Positions 39,836 to 49,976 of a stretch of DNA of 64,000 nucleotides are shown here, piece by piece. Each line of letters begins with the position of its first letter. Within the stretch, counting starts at the first letter, position 1. The notes below the pieces were generated by a model, which saw nothing but the letters and a program-made list of their open reading frames with translations, had not been told where the DNA came from and did not search any database. The translations under genes and the position numbers were made by a program. This DNA comes from a virus. Lineage: Duplodnaviria > Heunggongvirae > Uroviricota > Caudoviricetes. The stretch is from the IMG/VR virus record IMGVR_UViG_3300033405_000002, positions 1-64,000 of that record; one strand, given 5' to 3'.

Positions 39836-39891
39836 GTTGTTGATAACAAAGGCCGTAAAAGTAGCCAGCTTTGCGAAGTAAGCCGTATACT
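39833..39891 (+). promoter_or_regulatory. class A promoter (TAGCCA-N18-TATACT) with upstream IHF consensus
   Basis: TAAGTTGTTGATA matches YAANNNNTTGATW exactly. Confidence 0.7.
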
Positions 39892-39908
39892 AGAACTGGA
39901 GGGAACAC

Positions 39909-40304
39909 ATGACAAATCTTATCAGCACCTTTCGCACTAACGTTGCCGCGAATCCCCGGTTGGCGAAACTTGCCGTTGGCGCTTATGCCGTTGTGACGCT
40001 TGCCGCTGGTCTTATCGCGTACTCTTTCGGCGCGTCCCTGACGAAAGCGCTGGTAGTCACCGCCGTGACTTTCCTTGTAGCTTTGTGCGGCGATGTTGCC
40101 ACGTATCTCTACATCCGCAGCAATCCCGTTCTGTTCAGCCGCTTCCAGCGCTTCGCTGACAACCTTGCCAATATCCAGAGCGATTGGGACACTGACACTG
40201 ACGAAGATTCGGACGAAGATGAAAGTGACTCGGACGAGTATTCGGACGAATACAACTGCGGCGACCCTGACTGCGATGAATGCAATCAAGATCGGAGCCT
40301 GTAA
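39909..40304 (+). CDS. two-TM membrane protein with acidic, Cys-containing tail
   Basis: GGAGG RBS; D/E run then CGDPDCDEC. Confidence 0.7.
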   Translation: MTNLISTFRTNVAANPRLAKLAVGAYAVVTLAAGLIAYSFGASLTKALVVTAVTFLVALCGDVATYLYIRSNPVLFSRFQRFADNLANIQSDWDTDTDEDSDEDESDSDEYSDEYNCGDPDCDECNQDRSL

Positions 40305-40317
40305 ACCGGAGTCCCCC

Positions 40318-40482
40318 ATGACGAACCTTTGGAATGACGAAAGCGGTCAGGACGTTGCTGAATACGCAGTGATGCTGATGGTGATTCTCGCTATCGTGAT
40401 CGGTGTGGTGATGTACATCGGTCACAACGCTGGCAGCACGATCAACAGCGCGGCATCGCAAATCTCAGGAGCTAACCAATGA
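40318..40482 (+). CDS. flp: Flp-family (Tad, type IVc/IVb) prepilin
   Basis: LWNDESG|QDVAEYAVML + hydrophobic helix: G-1, E+5, Y+6 Flp motif; GGAG RBS. Confidence 0.85.
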   Translation: MTNLWNDESGQDVAEYAVMLMVILAIVIGVVMYIGHNAGSTINSAASQISGANQ

Positions 40483-41603
40483 CGCTGATCGGTAAAGAAG
40501 GGCAAGAGATTCATTTCGCCAGTTCATTTGTCGAGAGCGAAGCGTCCCGCAATCGCCTGAACTTAGCTCCGCACATCGCGGACTGGACGAAAAAGGCGCT
40601 TAACGCTCTCCCCATTTTCAAAGGCGTGGAGACGGCTGAATTGTGCCGGGAAGCAACTGAGAAGCTGCGCGGACGGCGCACGGTCAGTGACCGTTTCACT
40701 GCAATATTGGTGATCGCCGGGACTCGCGCCTTGGATCATCCTGACCTGCAACAGCCGCCAGTTGCCAAGTCGAATGGACTGCCACGATATGCCATCTAGG
40801 GATGCCTACTGCGCGTCGCATGTGTCGGCGCAAGCCGTTGACCGGATGTTGAATGACTTCTTGGACAGGCTGCTTGAAGCCATACCGGAGCCTGTCACTA
40901 TTTCGCGGTCTGCTACAGACGAAGAAGTGATGGCTGCGCTGCTGGCGAATCCTGCCACGGATATGTTTGCGAATTCAGAACCTTGCTGGATGCACGAAGA
41001 GGAGACGAAATGCTTAGCCACAACATCTGGAGTCTAGTTGCTGTTTTGCTGGCGAACATCGTTGTGTTCGTATGCCTTAAACCAATCGCCACACTCCGCA
41101 CCTTCGTCGCGCACCACCGTTTGATTACGCGAGTCCAGTTGTTCCGTGCAGCCGGACTGCTCATGCTGCTTGTCGCGGTATCCCACGCGCAAACCCCCGG
41201 TGTCGTTACGCATGACGGTGACTGGGTTATCGCTCAGCGGCTCGCCGCACAGAATGGCTTGGTGGAATACAGCAAAGGCGAAGATGGTTTACTCGTGCCG
41301 CACAAAAACGTGATGTGGCAGTTTGACACGGGCTATAAGCCACTGGACAACATTCTGAATTTGCTTTGGAACAACTGCGGGAAGCTACTGTTGCTTGCCA
41401 TCGTAATTTTCGTCATGATAGTGCTTCGGCAGCACTCAGAGATTTCTCTTCACGGCACGCCGCGCACATCCAAGTACGAACGGGCCTTCGTGGTTCCCGG
41501 TGGAATGCACTCCGGCTACGATGACGTTCCGGTTCGAGTGATGCAGGACATGATGATGCACAACACCACCATGTCCATTCTGAATATGAACAACCAGCTT
41601 TAA
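40479..41603 (+). other. hypothetical genes (40479-40799, 40789-41037, 41010-41603 membrane protein)
   Basis: Tiled plus-strand ORFs in the early operon. Confidence 0.6.
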
Positions 41604-42139
41604 CGCCCTTCGGTGTTATAGCCCAGCTTGTTGAGCATGACGTTCTGGAATTCCCACTGGAGCACAGCCGCCATCACTGATGCTGCACCGTAGATGCGCG
41701 GCTTGTGCCATGTCTCGGTAACTCCCGCCACAGTCTCGTAGCCGAAGCCATCGTCAATGGCAAAACTCCCGGTTGGAACAGCGTGGTTTGCCCACGCCGG
41801 ATCAATCTTGGCGAGATCGGCTGGTGACCAATCAGGCACAGCAACCACGGTCAGGTTCTCCGGCTGGAGCGTCAAAGCACGCTTGTCCGGGGGCCATGAT
41901 GCGCCGCCGCTGGTTCCTTGCTGAATTGGCTGCGTTGCTGTAGCGATCTGAACTTGGCCCCAAATCTGATTGAGTTGTAAGGTGGTGAGGCCGCTGTAGT
42001 TAATGAACGTGTCCTTCTGCCAGAAGAACAGGAACCCCGCGATGAAGCGGAACCAGATGATGAGCGGCATCTGAATGAAAAAGCTGTGCAGGAAACGCAC
42101 GAACGCGTTGTGATAGCCTTTGGTGTAAAAAAGAAGCAT
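41600..42139 (-). CDS. hypothetical membrane-anchored protein
   Basis: GAGG RBS, hydrophobic N-terminal segment. Confidence 0.65.
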   Translation of the reverse strand: MLLFYTKGYHNAFVRFLHSFFIQMPLIIWFRFIAGFLFFWQKDTFINYSGLTTLQLNQIWGQVQIATATQPIQQGTSGGASWPPDKRALTLQPENLTVVAVPDWSPADLAKIDPAWANHAVPTGSFAIDDGFGYETVAGVTETWHKPRIYGAASVMAAVLQWEFQNVMLNKLGYNTEGR

Positions 42140-42166
42140 AGAGCACCTCTACCTTGGTGCTCCGTA

Positions 42167-42403
42167 TCAGTCTTCTTCTTCGAGATCGGTGCGCTCCAGA
42201 CGCCAGTTGTTTAGGTAGGGGATTAACGCCAGCGCATCGCCGTCGAATTCTTCTTCCACAAGATCGGCGAGGTCTGCGTCGTTGTCGTATGTGTCCACCG
42301 CCAAGTCTTCGAGAGGCAGTTCCATCATCATTTCTTCGTAGCCGTTTTCCACGGCGTTATTGAGACTCTCGTTCACCATCTGTTGGATTTCTTGCTCGGT
42401 CAT
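42167..42403 (-). CDS. small acidic protein
   Basis: Very D/E-rich with only two basic residues. Confidence 0.7.
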   Translation of the reverse strand: MTEQEIQQMVNESLNNAVENGYEEMMMELPLEDLAVDTYDNDADLADLVEEEFDGDALALIPYLNNWRLERTDLEEED

Positions 42404-42756
42404 TCGACATCCTTCCAGAGTTCGGCGAGTTCTGCCGTAATCTCTTTACGCGTCTGAACTTTCGCGTGCTCGCGCTCAGCTTCAGTCCAATCGGTCTGCT
42501 GAAACTCACGCGCTTCTTTGGGCAGTACGGTACACATTGTACCACGCTGCTTGTCATAAACAACGTTCAAGGCTTGATCTTGATATTGGACTCGCCAGAG
42601 CGAGCGGTTGTTAGATTGCTTGGAGACGAACTCCGCACCGCCGCGCTGGATCATGTTGACGATCTCCCGGCGTGCATCTTTGTTCAGGTCGATACCGTAA
42701 CGTTCCCCGGCTCGTTTCTTAGCGTGGGCATTTAGGATTTTCGGTGTCTTCGACAT
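42400..42756 (-). CDS. hypothetical protein, possible RelE/BrnT-like RNase fold
   Basis: HAKKRAGERYGI N-terminus, VVYD...TVLP C-terminal strands. Confidence 0.45.
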   Translation of the reverse strand: MSKTPKILNAHAKKRAGERYGIDLNKDARREIVNMIQRGGAEFVSKQSNNRSLWRVQYQDQALNVVYDKQRGTMCTVLPKEAREFQQTDWTEAEREHAKVQTRKEITAELAELWKDVE

Positions 42757-44228
42757 CTGCTTTCATCCTTGTCAGGAGTTGGACGCCGTAATAATCCCCG
42801 TGTTTTCGAAGGTGTTCAATGCAGGCTGCAATAGGATCGGGCTTTGGTACTGGACGAAGGTCTATCGGGGTGTCGTAAAGATCAATGTGCTTCATCCCCG
42901 TACCCGTCTCTGATGACTTGTCCATCGCCGCGATGAACTCCGTTTCTTGCCCTGCTGGTAGTGGCATACATTCGCAGTATAGCATCGAAGAAATTGACTG
43001 GCAATGGCTATTCGGTTTCGCGGAGCAGCGATAGCGGAACGCCCTGATCCTTGGCGTCCTGCGCATCAAGCAAGGTGCTTAACACGCCGCCTTCGCCTTC
43101 GATGGCCTCTTCAATAACGCGGTCAATACGCGGGTCCGCTGGAACGCCGTCGATGTCCCCGGTCATGGTAATACCCGCCTCTTCCAGTTCTTCCGGCGAG
43201 AGTTCCCCGGCTGGCATGGCGATGTTCAAGTTGCCTGTTGGCTGATGACCTGACGGAGCGGGACGCACGAGCGTCTTCTGGGCCAAGGGGTCTTGGGGCT
43301 TACGCACCTTTGGACCACCCATGGATGTCACGGAAGCACCTGTGGTGCCGGAAAGACCAACTGGAGTTTCTTGCTGGACAAACGTTGTCTTACCCGCTGT
43401 CTCAGCCTCTTTGTTCAGAGCTTCGATCAGCATTTCCCCGGCGAACTCTGCGATGACACCCTTGCTGTGCTTGTTGCACGGTGAGAACGAGCCGTCCGCC
43501 AGTGGCTTTGTGTAACGAACGTCTTCATACTCGCGGGTTGCTTTGCAGCCGCAGTCTTTTTCAATCGTGAGTCGGTGAATACTATTCTTCGTGACTTTCA
43601 TCAGTGTCCTCTTCGAGATGGGTCAGGACGTAATGAGCGTCCCAAGCGGCCCGATTCTTAAACAAGAGCGGATTTCCGAGTGCGTCTGGGCACTGGTAAC
43701 AGGCGGGCACGTAGCAGAACCACGTGCGCCAACTCTTGTACCAAAAGGGTTCCGGTATCGCAGGCACCCATCCCAACTGCGGGTCAAGTGTATAGGCTAC
43801 AGGCATTTAGCGCCCGATCAATTTGCCTTACGCTTTGACTTCTTAGTCGGAACTGGCTGGACTTCTGGTCCCGGAGTCGGCACGGCTGTCGCGACCGCTG
43901 TCGCTACTGGTGCTTCTGCCGCGAGCTTTTCGGCCGTCTGCTGGGCAAGCTTGTCACCAAGTTGCTTCTTCAGCGCCTCGATCTCGGCTTCCAATGACGC
44001 GTAAGGAATGGTCAGGTTCACCGCGTAGTTGATAAACGGACGAAAACCAATCGCCGTCTTCGGAGTTCCATCGTCATTCTTCAATTGCGTCTTGCCGTCT
44101 TCAGCAAGCACGGGCACTGTAACCTCGGTGCCAAGGGCGGCGACGCCCGGTTGAAGCTGGCGAATTTGCAGCGTTTCCGGCGTCAGTTCGATATACTCGT
44201 TGTTGTCTAAGAGAAATGTTACCTTCAT
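42719..44228 (-). other. hypothetical genes (42719-~43000, 43008-43601, 43582-43806, 43818-44228)
   Basis: Tiled minus-strand ORFs. Confidence 0.6.
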
Positions 44229-44261
44229 TTTGTTGCTCCTGTGATCTAAATACTGCGTTTC

Positions 44262-44996
44262 TTAAAACTTGCCGATTGCTTGGCGGGACAGAAATCCAGT
44301 GACCCACCCGATCAAGAACCAGCGGCGTTTTGACTTCGCTGCTTCGGCTTTGATGACCTTGATTTGATCTGTGCATTGTTGCTGGTGGTCTGCATCAAGC
44401 TTCGTCACGCCAGCGACCTGAGCGTTCAGATCAAAAATACTTTTGTTTGCAGACGCCAATAGCTGGTCGTCATTCGCTTTCTGTGAAGTTTCGTTTGCGA
44501 GTTCCTGTGTCAGAACCGGGACTTTCTCCAATTGCTGCACGGTAGCGAGCGCGTTGGACGGCGTAACCGTGACGTTGCCGCCGCTAGTTGCCGCGCCACT
44601 GAAGTTCACGCCGGGAGCAAGCTGGGCCCAACGGTTAGCAAGATCGGGAAGAGGCAAAGTTGCGTCGGTCTTTTGCTGCTTCGTCAGGGCGGTTGCCAGC
44701 GCTACGTTAGCCGCCGTAAGCTGGGCGTTCATCGCCTCAACCGTATCACTTAAAGCCTGTTGTGCGGCCTTATCGGCAGCGACCTGTTGTGCCAGTTGCG
44801 CGTTAGCCTGAACCTGCGCGTCAGTGACGAGCTTTTGCGCCTGAAGTTGTTTGTTTGCTTCATCGGCGCGGATGTCAGCGTACTTGCCGTAGCCCCACCA
44901 GAGCAAGCCAGCGAGGATCACCACGATGATAAGACGTTCGTGATCGAGCAAGAAAGTGCGGATAATTCCGGGGGTTGAGCCAGTTGCGGTTGCCAT
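44262..44996 (-). CDS. membrane-anchored coiled-coil protein (spanin-like candidate)
   Basis: N-terminal TM, Ala/Gln coiled coil, C-terminal hydrophobic segment. Confidence 0.5.
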   Translation of the reverse strand: MATATGSTPGIIRTFLLDHERLIIVVILAGLLWWGYGKYADIRADEANKQLQAQKLVTDAQVQANAQLAQQVAADKAAQQALSDTVEAMNAQLTAANVALATALTKQQKTDATLPLPDLANRWAQLAPGVNFSGAATSGGNVTVTPSNALATVQQLEKVPVLTQELANETSQKANDDQLLASANKSIFDLNAQVAGVTKLDADHQQQCTDQIKVIKAEAAKSKRRWFLIGWVTGFLSRQAIGKF

Positions 44997-45023
44997 AGTT
45001 GACCTCTATTTTGCCTTCAATAG

Positions 45024-46328
45024 TTACTTTTCCTTCTCTTTGAAGCGCTTGCACCAGCACGGTCCTTTTTCCTTTACCCACGAATGGATAGCCGGGGTTG
45101 AAACATCCCCGCAGCGCATCCATGCGCCTTTTGGTGACAGCCTATGGGACTTGCGCTCGTGGAAGCACTCACCACATTTGTCTGTCGGCAACTTCTTACG
45201 CTTCTTTGGTTCTTTCTTTTCCTTGGCGAGTTTCTTAACCTCTGCCGTTGGTAGAATCTTTTTGGTTTTCTGTCGCGCCTCGCGGCTACGCCCGTCCTTG
45301 CAGACCTCTTGAGTCAGGATCGGAATTCCAAGATCAGGATCAAGCTTGGCGATCTGGTTGGCGCTGAACTTGTATTCCTTGCCGTACTTCTTGATGATCT
45401 CCCGATAGTTCACGATGGTTGGGTCGATCTTAGCGAAGTAGTCCTGACGCAGGCGATCCTTGATAATGCAGTAGACGATGAACAGGTTCTTTGGTGCCTT
45501 AATCTCGTTACGCTTGAGCGCCGCGATAACGGATTTGGCGATCTCCATTGGGCTGTGCTGCCCTTCGATAAGCACAAGCTTTTTGACAAGCGCGGTGACA
45601 GTGCGCTGGCGGGAATGCTTCTTTGGTTCATCAATTAGCTGTTCTTGAATTTGTTCCGGCGCGGGGACGGTTTCATCAAGATGCAGGTCTTCCTCGACCA
45701 TGGAAGTTGCGACATCGGGTTGGTCTTTGAAAAGTTCTTCCACGAGCGGACTGAAATAATAGACACGTTGCTCTTTCGGAACATGAGATAAGTTCAGGAG
45801 ATTTCGAACTGGGGTTTCAAGCAGGATGGATTTGGTCCTCAGCGTGACGCGGACAACAGCGCGTCCATCGCCGATGATTTCCACCATACCGCAGAAATCA
45901 CGAGTTTCACCGTTCAGGATGCGGACAAAGCTGCCAACCTCGATGCCGATAGCACGCTTGCGGTGTTCCTCCTCCGCCTGCTTGATGAGTCCCTGAACGT
46001 ACTCATCTTCTACCGTAATCGCTTTGCTGGGGCGGTTGGTATCGCCTTCAGTGACCAAGCTGACCACCCCGGTGATAGACTTCAACCGAAGTAAGGCCGA
46101 AAAGGATGTTGAACGAACGAACACGTAAGGCCCAGTGCTCATCTCAAACACGTCCAGATCGCGTTTAACAACCGGGATGAATAGTTCGATTGGGTCGGTG
46201 CGGAAAATGCCGTTTAACGCGTTCCCAACGCGCCGCATGGTGCTTTCTATGGTCTTCTCAGACCTCAATTCCATCATGTGCCATGGCAAGCCTTTAAGCT
46301 TTGACACGTCGCCGTACTCAAGGATCAT
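45024..46328 (-). CDS. NusG/Spt5-family transcription factor (NGN+KOW) with long C-terminal extension
   Basis: WHMMEL, ELFIPV, GPYVFVR, GVVSLV; KOW IEVGSFVRILNGETRDFCGMVE; start probably ATG 46328. Confidence 0.75.
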   Translation of the reverse strand: MILEYGDVSKLKGLPWHMMELRSEKTIESTMRRVGNALNGIFRTDPIELFIPVVKRDLDVFEMSTGPYVFVRSTSFSALLRLKSITGVVSLVTEGDTNRPSKAITVEDEYVQGLIKQAEEEHRKRAIGIEVGSFVRILNGETRDFCGMVEIIGDGRAVVRVTLRTKSILLETPVRNLLNLSHVPKEQRVYYFSPLVEELFKDQPDVATSMVEEDLHLDETVPAPEQIQEQLIDEPKKHSRQRTVTALVKKLVLIEGQHSPMEIAKSVIAALKRNEIKAPKNLFIVYCIIKDRLRQDYFAKIDPTIVNYREIIKKYGKEYKFSANQIAKLDPDLGIPILTQEVCKDGRSREARQKTKKILPTAEVKKLAKEKKEPKKRKKLPTDKCGECFHERKSHRLSPKGAWMRCGDVSTPAIHSWVKEKGPCWCKRFKEKEK

Positions 46329-46392
46329 GTCGTACAATACTGAGTTCAGTTGATTTTTGTCTGAATTCAGGTATGATGGTATTTGAATACAA

Positions 46393-46614
46393 ATGAACCT
46401 GAACTCCACCGCTGACCTGAGACGCTACGCCGAAAGTGCCAAGGCGAAGCTCTGGCAACGGAAAATTGAGTTGGAGCAAGAATTAGGCGAGACGAACACT
46501 CAGCTAGTCGCTATCGGGCGGCTGCTGAAAGAGCCGAGCGCGGCGAAACTAGCGGCTCTGGAAAAAGCACGGGCTGGGATCGGGAAGAAAACTGAACCGG
46601 AAGCGGGGACTTAA
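46393..46614 (+). CDS. small coiled-coil hypothetical protein
   Basis: Isolated plus-strand ORF filling the gap between the NusG-like gene and dnaX. Confidence 0.55.
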   Translation: MNLNSTADLRRYAESAKAKLWQRKIELEQELGETNTQLVAIGRLLKEPSAAKLAALEKARAGIGKKTEPEAGT

Positions 46615-47759
46615 ACCGCTTCGTCTTCGAGCATGGCTGCGAGCGGCGAGCGGCGTACTTGGGGCGTCGGTGCAGCGCCGGAGGTCTTATTGGGTGTAAG
46701 TCGAGCTTTATTGGGCGTTGTTTGCAGCGCGTGTGGGGCGGACGTTTTAAGCAGTTCGTAGACAATGATGGTCACGACATCGGCTGGGGCATTTTGAATA
46801 GATGCCCATTTTGCCAGTATTTCAGCAACTTTTCCTACGTCTGGGAGTCCGAGATAAATTTTATTCAGTTCCGCATCGTTCGCATAGATCGAGCGGGCGT
46901 AAAGCGAGAACATCCGCTCAGCAGCCTGACGCGGCAGTTCTTTCAGCGCCATCTCATCCGCCAGCTTGACGGCTTCTGTTTGATTCTTTGACGCGATAGT
47001 CAGCAGCAAGCGTTCGCACAGATCGTCCAGAGACGTATCCACAACCATCTTGACCGTTTTGGCATCCACGGTCACGCCCATGGCACCGCAAGTATCAAGA
47101 TATTGGACAGCATCGCGCACTACACCACGGCTCTGCCGTGCGATGATCTTCAAGGCTTCAAGCTCGTAAGGAATGTTGTTCTGCGTCGCCACGTTTGCAA
47201 GGTGACCGACAATGACTTCCTGCGCCACGCGCTCAAACGGAATGCGAATGCACCGCGAGCGGATATTCTGTTGAATCTTGCTGAAGTCCTGTGTGACGAA
47301 TATGAACACCGAGTCCACATCGCCGGACTCCAATGTCTTCAGGTACGCTCCCCACGCTTCGCCGGATAGGAAGTGTGCTTCATCCACGATAGTGACTCGC
47401 CGCTTACCAAGGATCGGCATGGTAATTGTGGATTCAACGATCTCACGAGCCGCCTCCACGCCAGACCTAACCGCGCCGTCAATTTCAATGAAGTCAGGGT
47501 GCTTGTCAATGCCGTCTGTTTGGATGGTCAGACAAGATGGGCACTCGCCACAACCAAGCGGGTTCTGGCCCGTACACATTAGCGCCCGTGCCAACAGGTA
47601 AGCTGTGGTCGTTTTTCCAACACCGACTACACCGTGCAAGATGATCCCGCGCTGGAGGAACTTGGCGTTGCGCAAGACAGCCTGAATCACTTCAATGGGT
47701 CGTTGTTGTCCGACCACATCGTTCCATGTCATCGGTCTCTGTGCAATCAAGTTAGGCAT
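46611..47759 (-). CDS. dnaX: DNA polymerase III gamma/tau-like clamp-loader subunit
   Basis: DVVGQ, GVVGVGKTT, Zn module CGECPSC, IVDEAH, LKTLE, SRC, RDA. Confidence 0.9.
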   Translation of the reverse strand: MPNLIAQRPMTWNDVVGQQRPIEVIQAVLRNAKFLQRGIILHGVVGVGKTTTAYLLARALMCTGQNPLGCGECPSCLTIQTDGIDKHPDFIEIDGAVRSGVEAAREIVESTITMPILGKRRVTIVDEAHFLSGEAWGAYLKTLESGDVDSVFIFVTQDFSKIQQNIRSRCIRIPFERVAQEVIVGHLANVATQNNIPYELEALKIIARQSRGVVRDAVQYLDTCGAMGVTVDAKTVKMVVDTSLDDLCERLLLTIASKNQTEAVKLADEMALKELPRQAAERMFSLYARSIYANDAELNKIYLGLPDVGKVAEILAKWASIQNAPADVVTIIVYELLKTSAPHALQTTPNKARLTPNKTSGAAPTPQVRRSPLAAMLEDEAV

Positions 47760-49094
47760 TTACTTTACTTTATCATACCAAAGGCGTCCGTTTCGAACCA
47801 GACCGAACGCGCCAAAATATTCTAGCTGTGCGTCCCAATGCTCGGCACAATACCACATGCGCCCTTCTTCGGTTTCCGTAAATTCAATACCGGGCTTTCC
47901 GCAACGCCCAGAGTCATCGCGGGATGAAGAGTGCTTCATAGTTACGAAACAACACAAGCGGTCGCCGTCAGCCATTTAGCTCCCCCAGATGTACCGAGTT
48001 AGGATGATGCTCAAGGCAGAGCCGCACATCCCACCCATAGTAAAAGCTAAGGTGGACACACCGTCCCGCATCTTCTCATGCTCTATGAATATTTTACTGA
48101 TGATCGTATTTTGGAGCACAATTAGGCCGTCGGTCGTCACCGTCCAGATGATAAAACCTTTGGCGAGCGCACGGAAGTTTGTAGCCACGATGAAGAACGA
48201 AATGAGTTCAGATGCGAAACAGAAACAGAACAAGCCAAAGCGGTTCTGCGGCGGCTTGATGCGTGCGATCAGACGATCAAGAACCTGCGGGATTTGCAGT
48301 CCTTGGAAAAATGTCTTAACGGACGGGAATGCTTCTTGAAGAAGAAACATCAATCACACCAGTCGCGGGACATGATCTCGTACTGTCTCTCGTATCTCTC
48401 CCAGCACGTAGTGCATCCCATCCCGCCGTTACAAGTAGGTCTGGCGAGCCGACCGTCTACGATCACTGGGCGGTACTGCAAGTTCTCAGTACAAGGTTGG
48501 CGCGTGGCGAAATCACACTCGTCGTAGAAAGCAAGTTCAGCGCGGCACTCTGCCAATCGCTCCGGCGTAATCGGCTCAGACCTCTTGCCATCAATGGTGT
48601 AACTCTGCTTCCATTCGGGCCAGCTTGCCACTTCAAGAGTGCAGCGCGTGCCGTTGCGCCAGAAGCTACGATTATCTGGGCTTTCGATGCAGTGTCCAAA
48701 ACCGCTTGGAGACTTCCGACCAGTGATTATCGCGTAGAGCGTTGCGCCGTCGCGAGGCTTGCGCTTGATCGCCTTGCCGCCTTCGTACCCGGCGTACTCG
48801 AACGCTATGCGGATTTTGTCGGCTTCACAGTCAGTTGAGAAAAGACGTTTGTCTTTGGTGAACGGGCCAACGTGGAGCACGGAGCGCCCGTCAAGCACAA
48901 GGGGCCATTGCTCCTGACACCAAATACATTGCGTCGTACATGCCTTGAACAACTCTGCGTTTTTCATTTCTTTGGCTCGTAGTCCATGCACGGATACTGA
49001 CGGTTCTGCGCATCATACGCGCTGCGATATGGGCATTCAAAGACACGCCCTTCGCACAAGTGGGCAGTGCAATCAGTCCCCTTGGGGTTCTCAA
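47760..49094 (-). other. hypothetical genes (47760-47975, 47976-48353 multi-TM, 48350-~48970 Cys-rich)
   Basis: Tiled minus-strand ORFs. Confidence 0.55.
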
Positions 49095-49131
49095 CCGTCT
49101 TCGTCATCCACTTGCAGAAAACATCTGCCAT

Positions 49132-49587
49132 TTAGAGTGTGCCTGAACGCGGCGCTCTTGCCATTCCTTGCTGTGCCGCTTGCATCTGGAGAATCTTGCT
49201 GAACTTCACGAAGGCGTCTTCCGCCAGCAGAGACATTCCTTCTTTTTGGTAGTCTCCCAGCGAGCGCGGATCAACGAAGCGAACTTCGGTGTAATCCGAA
49301 CCGGGCGTTGGCTCACCGGACGAAGCGCACTCGGCAAAGCAGAACACGGCGACACGATGGTCGCCGGGTTCCACAACTTCAGACAGGAAGAGCACTTGCT
49401 TGGGAATCACCGAAATCCCGCACTGTTCTTTCATCACGCGCTCTGATGTTTTGATAATCTGCTCGTCGGAAGCAATCAGACCGCTTGGAACGACCCACTT
49501 CCCGGCGTCTGGGCCGGATGCTGCCTTGGCAATCAGGACGTTAACCGCGTCCTTCATTACGATGGTTGCTACGTGTAGTTCGGGCAT
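49132..49587 (-). CDS. Nudix-fold protein with degenerate Nudix box
   Basis: GKWVVPSG-LIASD-E-QIIKTSE-RVMKEQCGI; TAATG overlap. Confidence 0.75.
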   Translation of the reverse strand: MPELHVATIVMKDAVNVLIAKAASGPDAGKWVVPSGLIASDEQIIKTSERVMKEQCGISVIPKQVLFLSEVVEPGDHRVAVFCFAECASSGEPTPGSDYTEVRFVDPRSLGDYQKEGMSLLAEDAFVKFSKILQMQAAQQGMARAPRSGTL

Positions 49588-49976
49588 TATATCTCCGTGA
49601 TTTCTTGAATCTGGCTCGTGACAATCACACGTGGGTGATCGTCGGTGCTGAATTCCATGTACATTCCGCGACCTACATAGTCCAGCCGTAACATTGAACC
49701 GCCGTAGTTCGAACCTTGAATGTAACAGCGAGTAGGCTTTGGACAATACTTCGCGTTGCCGCTGATATAAAATTCGTCTTCTCCACGCTTCTCAATCACG
49801 TACAGCGTGTCCCTAGTCTGCACCTTCAGCGCCTTGCCAACCGGAAGGAACGGCTCGTCCTTCACCGAATCGCCGCTGGGCCGCTTCAACCACACACCAC
49901 CCATCAACTCTTGGCTGGCAAGCGCGTTGTTAATTTCGGCGCTCAAGTTCGGATGTGGTTTGTACGGTTCTCTCAT
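49587..49976 (-). CDS. hypothetical protein
   Basis: Overlapping start/stop at both ends. Confidence 0.65.
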   Translation of the reverse strand: MREPYKPHPNLSAEINNALASQELMGGVWLKRPSGDSVKDEPFLPVGKALKVQTRDTLYVIEKRGEDEFYISGNAKYCPKPTRCYIQGSNYGGSMLRLDYVGRGMYMEFSTDDHPRVIVTSQIQEITEI

